Shown here piece by piece: positions 1 to 8,931 of a DNA stretch of 64,000 bases. Under the pieces are notes generated by a model. The model did not search any database and was not told the origin of the DNA. It saw only the letters and a list, made by a program, of their open reading frames with translations. The DNA is taken from NCBI GenBank assembly GCA_021776805.1, contig JAJFFD010000210.1:6908-70907 (forward strand), read 5' to 3'. Made by a program: the position numbers and the translations under genes. Origin of the DNA: Planctomycetota bacterium (lineage in GTDB: Bacteria > Planctomycetota > UBA1135 > UBA2386). Positions within the stretch are counted from its first letter, which is position 1, and each line of letters begins with the position of its first letter.

Positions 1-162
1 GAGATCTATCGCGACAACTCGGGCGGGCCCGGGGTCAACAACGTCGCGCCCATGGAAGAGCTGGCGATCATGGACAAGGTTCGCCTTCTCCATGATGTCT
101 TTGCACGCCGTGCAGCTGGCTACTTCAGCACGGTCAACAAGGCTATTCGAGGCAGGGCCTAG
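1..162 (+). CDS. flgB: Flagellar basal-body rod protein FlgB, C-terminal fragment (5' end outside window)
   Basis: Frame 1 reads EIYRDNSGGPGVNNVAPMEELAIMDKVRLLHDVFARRAAGYFSTVNKAIRGRA and stops at TAG 160-162. It lies immediately upstream of flgC, as in flgB-flgC operons. The call rests mainly on position plus a rod-protein-like C-terminus. Confidence 0.6.
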   Translation, partial: EIYRDNSGGPGVNNVAPMEELAIMDKVRLLHDVFARRAAGYFSTVNKAIRGRA

Positions 163-176
163 GGAGTTAGAACGCT

Positions 177-635
177 ATGAATCCTATGCAGGGAGTGTTC
201 AGGGGCTTTGACATCGCTACCTCCGGTTTGCATGCAGAGATGCAGCGGACGGAGATCGTCGCAGCCAACCTTTCCAATCTAAATTCGGTAGGCAACTCGG
301 CCAATCCGCCATACCGCCGTCGAGCAGTGATCTTTGATGAGATCATGCGCGAAACCGGCGGCGCGGATCCCTTCCATGGGATCAAGGGTGCGGAGAAGAT
401 GAATGTGGGCGTGAAGGTGAGCGAAGTCTTCGAAGACGAAGCCACACCCTTCAAGAAGATCTCCCTGCCGGGGCACCCTCTGGCTGACGAGGATGGCATG
501 GTGCTCTCACCAAACGTCGACCTCTTCAAGGAAATGGTCGACCTCACTGTCATCGAGCGCAGCTTCCAAGCCAATCTGGCTGCCATGCGTTCATACCGGT
601 CCATGTTGCAGGACACCCTGCGGCACTTCAACTAG
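177..635 (+). CDS. flgC: Flagellar basal-body rod protein FlgC
   Basis: 152 aa. The N-terminus FRGFDIATSGLHAEMQRTEIVAANLSNLNS is the conserved rod-protein N-terminal motif. The C-terminus VDLFKEMVDLTVIERSFQANLAAMRSYRSMLQDTL is typical FlgC. Gene order supports the call. Confidence 0.93.
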   Translation: MNPMQGVFRGFDIATSGLHAEMQRTEIVAANLSNLNSVGNSANPPYRRRAVIFDEIMRETGGADPFHGIKGAEKMNVGVKVSEVFEDEATPFKKISLPGHPLADEDGMVLSPNVDLFKEMVDLTVIERSFQANLAAMRSYRSMLQDTLRHFN

Positions 636-658
636 GGGAGCAGTAGGAGCCTCAGTGC

Positions 659-985
659 ATGAGCGGCTTTGATGTCATAGGCCCTGGTTTCGGTGAGAAG
701 CTTCCTGCGATTCGCGAGTCGCTAAGCAAGGAGCTAGCAGCTGACGAACTTGCCGGGGGTGAGAATGCCGACGGCTTTCTCGGCCACCTCACGGATGCCC
801 TCGAGGGAGTGCAGGGGCTTTCTGACGAAGTGAAGGGCAAAGCTGAGGCCTTGTCGCGCGGCGAACCCGTCGAGCTTCACGACCTGATGATCTCCATGGG
901 CAAGAGCGAAGTGGCCTTCAATCTCATGGTGGAAGTGCGAAACAAACTTCTCGAAGCCTGGCAGACACTGTCGAGGGCGGTCTGA
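659..985 (+). CDS. fliE: Flagellar hook-basal body complex protein FliE
   Basis: 108 aa. The C-terminal helix VELHDLMISMGKSEVAFNLMVEVRNKLLEAWQTLSRAV matches the FliE signature (vRNK..eAyqei). It sits between flgC and fliF. Confidence 0.85.
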   Translation: MSGFDVIGPGFGEKLPAIRESLSKELAADELAGGENADGFLGHLTDALEGVQGLSDEVKGKAEALSRGEPVELHDLMISMGKSEVAFNLMVEVRNKLLEAWQTLSRAV

Positions 986-988
986 GTC

Positions 989-2521
989 ATGCCGGTATTC
1001 CTTTCAGAAGTTCTCGGTCAGATGAAAGCCATCTGGGCTCGCCTCGATGGCGGTCAGCGCATGACCATCGTCGCAGTGGTTTTCGCGGCTCTCGTTGGTC
1101 TCGGTGGAATCGTCTGGTATGCGGGTCAGCCCGATTACATTCACGGCATCACTGTCGAAGACCCTGCGGAGCGAATGCGGGCGCAGGCATCACTGGAGAA
1201 GAGCGGCGTCCTCTTCAAAGTGAGTGGCGATGAGATTCAGGTCGAGCGTGCTGACTATTCTCGCGCATGGGCCTCTCTCGCTGCCGAAGGCATCTCCGGC
1301 CAGGTAGACCCTGAGCGCGGTGAGAACATCTCGAGCGTAACTCTGGATAGCGCCACCCGTCGAGACATGCTCATCGCCAAGAAGCGCGAGCGAGCGGTGC
1401 ATGCGGTCAAGAAACTACGCGGCGTCGTCGACGCCTACGTGACTTCGGACAAGCCCAAGCGCATGCCTTTCAAGGCGATGGACGATGAGACCAATCCGAG
1501 CTCAACCGTCACTCTCAATCTGGCCCCCGGCGCTTCCTTTCAGAGTGTTGCGCGCGCGGCCATCGCCTCCGTTTCCGGTGCCCTCGGAATCCAGGAGAAG
1601 TACATCAAGGCCGTCGATGCACGCACCAATGCGATCTATCTCATGGATGAGGTTGCCGGCGCTGGATTCAACTCGGGCGACTTCCTCAGCCAACAGAAAC
1701 TGCGAAGTCGGGACCTGACTTTCTTGGCCCAGCAGGTCCTGGATCGGGCTTACCCGGGCAAAGCCATGGTGACGGTCTCGGTGGAACTCGACCCCAGCTG
1801 GGAGCGGGTTAGCGAGAAGATCCAGCCTGCGACTCCTGCCATCGTGCGTGAAGAGATCACCAAGAACACGTCTTCGGATGGGAATCTGGGTTCTGGTGGT
1901 GACCCGAGTGTGGCCGCGCCAACCTCTGGTGGCTTGGCAAGCTCGAGCAGCAGCGGACCAAAGAACAGCACCAAGCAGGATACGAAGAACCGCACCATGG
2001 AACCATGGAGCGGTACTCGAGACTCGGGCAAGCTGGCGCCGGATATCCGGACTCTGAACATCGCTCTCGTTCTTGACGAGACCATTCCGGATGTAGTGAA
2101 CAAGCAGGAGCAGATCGAGGCTCTCGTCAAGGACGCCGTCGGCTTTTCGGAACTGCGGCCTGGCGGTGGAACGGATCGCTTCAGCGTCCATATCGCCCCC
2201 GAATTCATCGTTCCTCCACCGCCCGCCGCAGTCGGATTCGACTTCATGGAGACGGCCAGGGACTACGCGCCGCTCGTCGGACAGATCATCGCAGTGCTGA
2301 TCGTGGTCATGTTCCTACGCAGCCTGCTGAAGAAGGGCAACACTCCTTTGGCTCCCAAGGCAGCGACGAGTGCTGGTAGCGTAGTCGTCGAAGAAGAGGT
2401 CGAGCTGAGCACGGATGAGCAGGCTCTTCGCATGCGCCGCGAGATCGAGAAGAGTATCAATGAGGATCCGGGATCCATTTCCCGGCTGCTCGAGGGATGG
2501 TTGGCTGAGGTTCAGAGTTGA
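989..2521 (+). CDS. fliF: Flagellar M-ring protein FliF
   Basis: 510 aa. There is an N-terminal TM (MTIVAVVFAALVGLGGIVWY), a periplasmic ring-building region, a second TM (LVGQIIAVLIVVMFL) and a charged C-terminal tail ending ISRLLEGWL, typical of the FliG-binding end. It lies in the fliE-fliF-fliG position. Confidence 0.9.
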   Translation: MPVFLSEVLGQMKAIWARLDGGQRMTIVAVVFAALVGLGGIVWYAGQPDYIHGITVEDPAERMRAQASLEKSGVLFKVSGDEIQVERADYSRAWASLAAEGISGQVDPERGENISSVTLDSATRRDMLIAKKRERAVHAVKKLRGVVDAYVTSDKPKRMPFKAMDDETNPSSTVTLNLAPGASFQSVARAAIASVSGALGIQEKYIKAVDARTNAIYLMDEVAGAGFNSGDFLSQQKLRSRDLTFLAQQVLDRAYPGKAMVTVSVELDPSWERVSEKIQPATPAIVREEITKNTSSDGNLGSGGDPSVAAPTSGGLASSSSSGPKNSTKQDTKNRTMEPWSGTRDSGKLAPDIRTLNIALVLDETIPDVVNKQEQIEALVKDAVGFSELRPGGGTDRFSVHIAPEFIVPPPPAAVGFDFMETARDYAPLVGQIIAVLIVVMFLRSLLKKGNTPLAPKAATSAGSVVVEEEVELSTDEQALRMRREIEKSINEDPGSISRLLEGWLAEVQS

Positions 2522-3537
2522 AGGCAGAGAAGAAATCACTGCCTGCAGATCAGCAGATAGCTATTCTGCTGCTATCGATCTCTGACGAGGCTTCGGCGGA
2601 GTTGCTTCGGCATCTGGGTGATGACCAGGTCGACCAGGTCACCCGTGCCATGAAGCGACTGCAAGAGCTCTCCGTTGATCAGGATTCCGTGAGTCGGGTC
2701 TACCGCTCAACGATCAAGCGGCTGAATGCCGGTGGCATGGCTCTCGGTGACGTCGGTAGTCATATGGAGTCGGTGCTGGTCAAGGCCTTTGGTGAGTCCA
2801 AGGGCATGGAGGCATCGGAGCGAGCGAATACGGAGATCTTGGCGCGCCGCCCATTCGCGATGTTCGAGGCTCTCACCCCTGAAGATCTCGCATCACTCCT
2901 GGCCGAAGAGCATCCGCAGATCGCAGCCGTGTTTCTCGCTCACCTTGATCGTTCCAAGGCGGGCAAGGTCATGGCCTGCATCGACGAAGAGGATCGTGCT
3001 GACTTGATCAGTCGCGTGGCCAGTTTGGACCGAACGCCCCCGGATGTTGTTCAGCGGGTGCTCGACGTAATGCGTCGCAAGGTCAAGGATCTGGGCCTCA
3101 ACAGCCTGCGCTCCGAACCCAAGGCATGGATCAAGGCGGCTGCTGAGATCCTTAATAACATGGGCGGTGGCGAGAAGGCCATTCTCGAGATCATCGGCGA
3201 GCGCGATGAAGAAACCGCAACCAACATCCGTGAAGAGATGTTCACCTTCGACGACATCGCCAAGATCGACAAGAAGTCCATGCAGAAGATACTCGGCCAA
3301 ATCGAGACGCGAGTCCTGGCGCTGGCCATGAAGGCCACCGTTATGGCTGTCGAAGAAAAGGTCTTTGGCAATCTCTCAAAGCGCGCCGCCGACATGGTGC
3401 GAGAAGAGAGAGATACTCTCGGGCCGACGCCGCTATCCGATGTGATGGAGGCGCAGCAAGAGATTCTTGGCACCGTCAGAGACATGATGGACAAGGGTGA
3501 CATCGCTCCCGCGGGTGTCGGCGAGCAATTGGTATGA
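2518..3537 (+). CDS. fliG: Flagellar motor switch protein FliG
   Basis: 339 aa. The TTG start overlaps the fliF stop (TTGA). It carries FliG-type middle and C-terminal domains, e.g. EEHPQIAAVFLAHL and REEMFTFDDIAKIDKKSMQKILGQIETRVLALAMK. Confidence 0.93.
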   Translation: MKAEKKSLPADQQIAILLLSISDEASAELLRHLGDDQVDQVTRAMKRLQELSVDQDSVSRVYRSTIKRLNAGGMALGDVGSHMESVLVKAFGESKGMEASERANTEILARRPFAMFEALTPEDLASLLAEEHPQIAAVFLAHLDRSKAGKVMACIDEEDRADLISRVASLDRTPPDVVQRVLDVMRRKVKDLGLNSLRSEPKAWIKAAAEILNNMGGGEKAILEIIGERDEETATNIREEMFTFDDIAKIDKKSMQKILGQIETRVLALAMKATVMAVEEKVFGNLSKRAADMVREERDTLGPTPLSDVMEAQQEILGTVRDMMDKGDIAPAGVGEQLV

Positions 3538-4127
3538 TCGCTTCAGCGCGCCTTCAGTTGCGGCGACGGATCAAGGGCCTGCGCGGGCACTCGGCTTCAC
3601 CCGAGGCAAGTTCGCAGGTCGCGTCGAAGACCACTTGGCTGCTCAATCTCGAGTCTCAGGCGGAAAAGTCAGAGCTGGATCGTCAGGCTACCAATGCCTG
3701 CGTCCAGCAGATCACTAGCGAGCTCGACAAAACCAGCGCAATCGTTCTCGAGAACCTGACTGCGATCACTTCCCTTGCGACCGAGCTCGGATTGAGTCTG
3801 GCCCGAGAGATTGTCGGCGAAGCCCTGGACAAGGGCATTGTCGATCCAACTCCCACAGTCTTGCGAACACTGCAGTCCATGGTGCTTTCCGCGGAAGATG
3901 CTGGCATCAGGATCGCCATCTCCGCTGATGACTTTTCCTTGGTTGTAGCTCGACTGCAGGAGCAGCCCGAGTTCAGAGCCTACGCTGAGCAAGTTGAGTT
4001 CACCCTGGACCCAGGGTTGGCGAGAGGGTCTGTGCGTATCGAGACTGGTTCCGGCCGCCTGCAATACGAGCCACAGGAAGTCCTTGCCAAGCTCTGTGAT
4101 GAAGTTCGCCGTGGAGCGAGTGCATGA
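3534..4127 (+). CDS. fliH: Flagellar assembly protein FliH (short form)
   Basis: 197 aa, coupled by ATGA to fliG upstream and to fliI downstream. The C-terminus GSVRIETGSGRLQYEPQEVLAKLCDEV resembles the FliH C-terminal domain. The call is partly positional. Confidence 0.7.
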   Translation: MIASARLQLRRRIKGLRGHSASPEASSQVASKTTWLLNLESQAEKSELDRQATNACVQQITSELDKTSAIVLENLTAITSLATELGLSLAREIVGEALDKGIVDPTPTVLRTLQSMVLSAEDAGIRIAISADDFSLVVARLQEQPEFRAYAEQVEFTLDPGLARGSVRIETGSGRLQYEPQEVLAKLCDEVRRGASA

Positions 4128-5443
4128 CTCTGCCAGCCAATATTCAGGCGGCACTCGAGCGTGCCCGCTCCGTGAATCGCCCGCTGATGCAGGGCAAGGT
4201 GAATCGCATCTCCGGAGTTGCAGTCGAGGTTGGCGGACTCAAGTCTGCGATTGGTGAACTGTGCACGGTGCATTCCAAGGAGAGCAAGGTGCTGGCGGAG
4301 GTCGTTGGCTTCGATGGCGAACGTTCTATATTAATGCCCCTTGGCGAATGCCGAGGTATCAGCCCATTCGATCCGGTAACGGCACATGAACGACCGCATG
4401 AGATAACGGTTGGCAAAGCGCTGCTAGGTAGAGTTCTCAATGGACTAGGTGAGCCCATCGATGGCGGACCGCCTCTCTTTGGTGAGGAACGGCCGGTCAA
4501 TAGCGACGCCCCTGCACCACTCAGTCGTGAACCAATTCGTCAGGAGATCGAGACTGGAATCTCTTCCATCGACGGTTTCATGACCTGTGGCCTGGGCCAG
4601 AGAGTCGGGATCTTTGCCGGCTCCGGTGTCGGCAAGAGCACCGTGCTTGGCATGATTGCCAAGAACGGCTCGGCGGACGTCAATGTGATTGCTCTCATCG
4701 GCGAGCGCGGGCGTGAGGTTCGTGAGTTCGTTGAAGATTGTCTTGGCCCTGAGGGCATGGCGCGTTCGGTGGTGGTCGTAGCGACCTCAGACACTCCACC
4801 GATGCTGCGCTACAAGGGCGCGTTCGTTGCCGTGACGGTTGCAGAGGCATTCCGCGACATGGGCCTCAACGTCATGTTCATGATGGATTCGGTGACCCGT
4901 TTTGCCGGTGCGGCACGCGAGATCGGACTGGCTGCAGGGGAACCACCGACCTTGCGTGGCTATCCGCCCTCGCTCTTTGCGCAATTGCCGCGCCTGATCG
5001 AGCGTCTTGGCTATGACGAGCGTGGCAGTATCACCGGCCTGATTACGGTCCTTGTGGATGGTGACGATCTCAACGAACCGGTTGCGGACGCCCTCCGCGG
5101 TTACCTGGATGGGCACATCGTTCTGAGTCGAAGCATTGCGACTCGTGGACGCTTCCCAGCTGTCGACGTGCTCGCATCGATCAGCCGGCTCATGCCCAAA
5201 GTTTGTACAAGTGAGCGGATGCAGGCAGCAACTCGGGTCCGGGAACTATTGGCTCACTATGAGGAGTACCGGGACCTGGTGCAGGTCGGAGCCTATCGGA
5301 AGGGTGCAGATGCCCTGCTTGATGAGGCGCTGGAGAAACTGTCGGATATCGAAGCACTTCTCTTTCATGGGACGGGCGCTCGGTCTTCTGCAGAGACTCA
5401 GGAGCTGATCGAGAAGATCTCTCCTACCCCAGTGGCATCCTGA
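4124..5443 (+). CDS. fliI: Flagellum-specific ATPase FliI
   Basis: 439 aa. It has Walker A GSGVGKST and Walker B region VMFMMDSVTRFA, with T3SS/F1-type ATPase sequence throughout. Confidence 0.95.
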   Translation: MTLPANIQAALERARSVNRPLMQGKVNRISGVAVEVGGLKSAIGELCTVHSKESKVLAEVVGFDGERSILMPLGECRGISPFDPVTAHERPHEITVGKALLGRVLNGLGEPIDGGPPLFGEERPVNSDAPAPLSREPIRQEIETGISSIDGFMTCGLGQRVGIFAGSGVGKSTVLGMIAKNGSADVNVIALIGERGREVREFVEDCLGPEGMARSVVVVATSDTPPMLRYKGAFVAVTVAEAFRDMGLNVMFMMDSVTRFAGAAREIGLAAGEPPTLRGYPPSLFAQLPRLIERLGYDERGSITGLITVLVDGDDLNEPVADALRGYLDGHIVLSRSIATRGRFPAVDVLASISRLMPKVCTSERMQAATRVRELLAHYEEYRDLVQVGAYRKGADALLDEALEKLSDIEALLFHGTGARSSAETQELIEKISPTPVAS

Positions 5444-5480
5444 CTCCACTTCCCCCCATGCCATGGCCGATATGTAGGAC

Positions 5481-5915
5481 ATGAAGAGGTTTCGGTTTCC
5501 GCTTGCCAGGCTCGAGAGGCTACGTAGCCACATGGAGAAGATGGCAAGGCGGGATATGTCCGAAGCACTCGCGGCGGTGAACAGTTTGCGCAATCGGCAG
5601 TCAGTAGTGCTCGAGAACATCGAGGCTTGTGAAGCAGTGCGGAATTCGGCTCCTGCTCTCGGCGCCGCTTTGGCCGGTGGCCTCACCGAGGTGAACCGCC
5701 GACTGGAGACCGAGATCACTTCTGCAGAGCAGCAAGCTGACGAAGCGAGAACTGTCTACCAGATGCGACGCAGAGATGCTCTGTCCCTCCGGCGTCTGAA
5801 GGAGGCCAGGTTCGTTGCTTGGAAGGACGAGGTCATGAAGGAAGAACAGGCCGACCTCGAAGAGGTTTCCCGTCTGCGTTTCAATAGCCAGAAGGGGGCT
5901 AGGGCAAACCGATGA
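5481..5915 (+). CDS. fliJ: Flagellar export protein FliJ
   Basis: 144-aa coiled-coil protein. The N-terminus MKRFRFPLARLERLRSHMEKMARRDMSEAL is like the FliJ f.F.L..ll.lr pattern. It is located directly after fliI. Confidence 0.7.
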   Translation: MKRFRFPLARLERLRSHMEKMARRDMSEALAAVNSLRNRQSVVLENIEACEAVRNSAPALGAALAGGLTEVNRRLETEITSAEQQADEARTVYQMRRRDALSLRRLKEARFVAWKDEVMKEEQADLEEVSRLRFNSQKGARANR

Positions 5916-6874
5916 AGAACATTTTGGTCATGGCTGGAACCGGCGTCGGGCTGTTCACGGCCACGGTTGTCGGTCTCTTGGGAATGCAGGGCCGACTGAA
6001 TTACGAGGGCACGCGTGGACTCCCGCTGATCTCGGGCTTCTTTTCAGCACCCGAGAAGAGCGCCGAGGAACCTGCAGTCGATGCTGCCACTGGAGAAGAC
6101 GGCGCTCCTCCCGCAGACAAGCCCGAAGAGAGGGTCGATCTCCTGGGTTCCGGGTCTGGTGTGAAGATTACCGAGCGAAGTGTTTCCTTCGATGACACAG
6201 CTAAGGAGGAAGGTGGCGCTGCCGAGGCAGAGACGCCTGGGTCTCCAAGGCCTGCAGGCGAGACTGAAGCTGTGCAGCCACAAGAGCCGGCGGATCTGAT
6301 TCCGAAGCCAAGTCCACGCGAAGAATGGATGCAGCAAGAACAGTCCTCTCGTGGCAAGGCGGGACAGTTTTTCCAGTTTCCCCAGATGGAGACATCGCTC
6401 ACCGTAGACGAGATCAACGAGATATATCGCTATGCCAAGCAAGCTCAGGATGCGGCGGACAAGCGATTGGACGCCCTCGACGAGCGCGAAAAGAAGCTAG
6501 AGCAGCGGGAGAGAGACGTTCAGGATCGAGGCAAGGCACTCACCGGACAGATTCTCGAAATCCAACGGATGGAGAGGGAGCTGCAGGACAAGGTCGAAGA
6601 GTTCGAAGCCAAGGTCCTCTTGGTCAGCAAGTCCAAGGAACAAGATCTCAAACCCTATGCGGACAGCCTTGCGACCTTCGAGCCTGATAAGGCGGCGGAG
6701 ATTGTTCGCAACATGTGGGAGACCGAGAGTGGCCGTTTGCGCATAAGCATGGTTCTCAAGATCATGGATCCAGATGTGTCGAACGCGATCCTCTCCGAGA
6801 TGGAAGTCACGGAGATCAAGGAGATCCTCGACAACCTCCTGAAGGTGCATCGTGAGAAGGCGGGTGGTAAGTGA
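5912..6874 (+). CDS. Membrane-anchored YlxF/MotE-like flagellar protein (MgtE_N-type C-terminal helical domain)
   Basis: 320 aa. Domain order is an N-terminal TM (ILVMAGTGVGLFTATVVGLLG), an acidic Pro/Glu-rich linker, a coiled coil (DKRLDALDEREKKLEQRERDVQDRGK), then the C-terminus DKAAEIVRNMWETESGRLRISMVLKIMDPDVSNAILSEMEVTEIKEIL, which resembles MgtE-N/MotE repeats. It occupies the ylxF slot after fliJ. Confidence 0.5.
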   Translation: MKNILVMAGTGVGLFTATVVGLLGMQGRLNYEGTRGLPLISGFFSAPEKSAEEPAVDAATGEDGAPPADKPEERVDLLGSGSGVKITERSVSFDDTAKEEGGAAEAETPGSPRPAGETEAVQPQEPADLIPKPSPREEWMQQEQSSRGKAGQFFQFPQMETSLTVDEINEIYRYAKQAQDAADKRLDALDEREKKLEQRERDVQDRGKALTGQILEIQRMERELQDKVEEFEAKVLLVSKSKEQDLKPYADSLATFEPDKAAEIVRNMWETESGRLRISMVLKIMDPDVSNAILSEMEVTEIKEILDNLLKVHREKAGGK

Positions 6875-6979
6875 GCTCGTTTACGACGATGCACCGGAAA
6901 GGCCACATTCTCCGCTCAACGAGTGGTCTGGTCCTGTCGATAGGAAGGGTGAGTTAGCCCGCTGGGGCACGAGGTTGTC

Positions 6980-7498
6980 ATGGCTGAAGACGAAAAGAAG
7001 AAAGAGGACGCCAAGGAAGGCAAGAAGAAGGGATTGCCGCCTCTGGTGCTCGTTGCAGTTGGCGCCGCATTGGGCGGGGCCGGCGTCGTCTTCATGGCAC
7101 CCAAGCAGGAGCAGGTGCAGGACGAACCACGGCCTTCCGTGCCTGAGATCATCGACTGCATGGTCGAAGATCCCATCGAGCACAACTTCAATCCACGCAC
7201 GGATCGTGGGCGCTCGGCCGCAACCTTTAGCTTCAAGTTCAGTTACCGTGTCTCCAAGGATAACGCTGAAGAAGCTGAGGCTCTGCGGGAGAAGAATTGG
7301 GATCTGATGAAGTCCAAGGTGCTCCTGCTGTTCATGCAGCACACACCTGAGGAGCTCACGGACACCAAGGAGAACATCCACCTCGAGAAGCTCATGCGAG
7401 AGACCATGACGCTCTCACTATTTCCGCCCGAAGAAGGTGGAGAAAGCGGCATCGCGGTGGTGAAAGATATCCTCTGGAAGAAGCGTCTCGTGCAATGA
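6980..7498 (+). CDS. fliL: Flagellar basal body-associated protein FliL
   Basis: 172 aa. It has a Lys/Glu-rich N-terminus followed by a single TM (LPPLVLVAVGAALGGAGVVFMAP) and a periplasmic domain. It lies immediately upstream of fliM and overlaps it by 4 nt. Confidence 0.75.
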   Translation: MAEDEKKKEDAKEGKKKGLPPLVLVAVGAALGGAGVVFMAPKQEQVQDEPRPSVPEIIDCMVEDPIEHNFNPRTDRGRSAATFSFKFSYRVSKDNAEEAEALREKNWDLMKSKVLLLFMQHTPEELTDTKENIHLEKLMRETMTLSLFPPEEGGESGIAVVKDILWKKRLVQ

Positions 7499-8493
7499 AG
7501 GAGATCCTCAGCACAGAAGAGATCGATACTCTGCTCGAAATGTTTCGGGCAGAGGAGGCTGAGCTGGATGCTGCGAATGTCGATGCAATCAGTAGCCAGA
7601 TAAGCGAGGACGACGACGCTCCGCTCATCAGTCCTGTAAACCTGCTCAAGCCAAACCGGATTAGCAGGGAGCATCTACTCAGTTTTGAGCGCTACTTTGA
7701 GGCAGCAGCCAAGTCTATGGCTGCAACCATCAGTGAGAAACTGCGCACGGATATCCGCTGCGATTGTGTCGCTGTCGAGCAGCTACGTTTGGGTACCTGG
7801 CTCAATCAGGTTGGAGGGCCGATCGCTGTCTACCAGACGAAGATGGAGCCTCTGTCGCAACCGGTGCTGTTCTCGGCAACGACAGGCTTGCTCTACGCTG
7901 CGGTAGATAGAATCCTGGGCGGCACCGGGGAGATCGTGAAGGTCGTCAAAGAGTTCACAGCTGCTGAATACACAGTGGCGGACGCCTTCGTCGGGCCCTG
8001 CCTCGATCGCATCTGCGAATCGCTCGAAGAGGTCGTCAAGCTCGATTGGACGATCGAAGATCGCTTTGCCAACCCGGCCCTAGCCCAAATCGTGCCCCCG
8101 CATGATGTCGTTCTTGCGGTCTACTTTCAGGCCAGTGGCCACTCCATGCTCGGTGATTTGCGCATGGTCATCCCTTACGCCTCCCTCGAGCCCTACCTGG
8201 GCAAGCTCAGCCATGTGGCCTCGTCGGGCTTCGGGCATGAGCCTGGCAGCATGCGTGAAGCTGTCGCCAAGTCCTTGCAGGAGGTCTCGGTGGACATGAT
8301 GGTCCAGTTGGGTAAGACGAACATCCCCTTGCGTCAGCTGTTAGAGCTGAGTGAAGGAGACGTTGTGCCTCTGAGCACGAACGTCGGTCAAGATCTCGTT
8401 GCTCCGGTGCAGGGAATTCCCAAGTTCACCGGGCAACTTGGAACTCGCGGAAACAGACTCGCCTTTCGTGTAGGAGGCGTCCTCGATAGCTGA
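7495..8493 (+). CDS. fliM: Flagellar motor switch protein FliM
   Basis: 332 aa. The N-terminal LSTEEIDTLLEMF matches the CheY-P binding motif LSQxEIDALL. A C-terminal SpoA-like region (GDVVPLSTNVGQDLVAPVQGIPKFTGQLG) is present. Confidence 0.9.
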   Translation: MKEILSTEEIDTLLEMFRAEEAELDAANVDAISSQISEDDDAPLISPVNLLKPNRISREHLLSFERYFEAAAKSMAATISEKLRTDIRCDCVAVEQLRLGTWLNQVGGPIAVYQTKMEPLSQPVLFSATTGLLYAAVDRILGGTGEIVKVVKEFTAAEYTVADAFVGPCLDRICESLEEVVKLDWTIEDRFANPALAQIVPPHDVVLAVYFQASGHSMLGDLRMVIPYASLEPYLGKLSHVASSGFGHEPGSMREAVAKSLQEVSVDMMVQLGKTNIPLRQLLELSEGDVVPLSTNVGQDLVAPVQGIPKFTGQLGTRGNRLAFRVGGVLDS

Positions 8494-8901
8494 GTGAGGG
8501 CGAAGCAGATGGCTCAAGATGAAATGAACAGCGACGAAGGGATCGGATCGAATCCGCTGGAGAGTTCTTCTGCTGCCGTGCAGCCAGTGAGTTTTGGCCC
8601 CTTGGGTCCGGACATGGCTTCAGGGGGCGAGAACAACAACCTGGATATTCTCCTCGACGTGAACATCCCGGTGTCTGTCGAGGTCGGCGGAACCCATATG
8701 CCCGTGGCTGAGATTCTCAAGCTAGTGCCCGGCAGTATCGTCGCCCTGGAGAAAAAGGCCGAGGAGCCTGTGGATTTGCGGGTCAATGGCAAGTTGGTTG
8801 CTCGCGGTGAGGTTGTCATGGTGGATGACACCTATGGCCTGAGAATCACGCAGATCGTAGATGCTGCTGATCGACTCGAGACTCTGCGAGGCGGAGCCTA
8901 G
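8494..8901 (+). CDS. fliN: Flagellar motor switch protein FliN
   Basis: The C-terminal SpoA domain reads LDILLDVNIPVSVEVGGTHMPVAEILKLVPGSIVALEKKAEEPVDLRVNGKLVARGEVVMVDDTYGLRITQIV. The ORF opens at GTG 8494. ATG 8509, preceded by GAGGG, is an equally plausible start. Confidence 0.9.
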   Translation: MRAKQMAQDEMNSDEGIGSNPLESSSAAVQPVSFGPLGPDMASGGENNNLDILLDVNIPVSVEVGGTHMPVAEILKLVPGSIVALEKKAEEPVDLRVNGKLVARGEVVMVDDTYGLRITQIVDAADRLETLRGGA

Positions 8902-8931
8902 TCTGCCAGTTCTTGCTTGCTACCTCAGTCC

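Noticed and set aside
6963-6979. Sigma-54-like sequence TGGGGCACGAGGTTGTC immediately before the fliL ATG
   Set aside because: The TTG element is one nucleotide closer to GGCAC than in the consensus TGGCAC-N5-TTGC, and the conserved GC of the -12 element reads GT. In addition, the element abuts the start codon, leaving no room for a 5' UTR or RBS. This is probably a chance resemblance.
6852-7307. 151-aa plus-strand ORF spanning the ylxF-like/fliL junction
   Set aside because: It is an Arg/Ser/Pro-rich out-of-frame reading of the fliL region. FliL (6980-7498), with its TM helix, is the credible gene.
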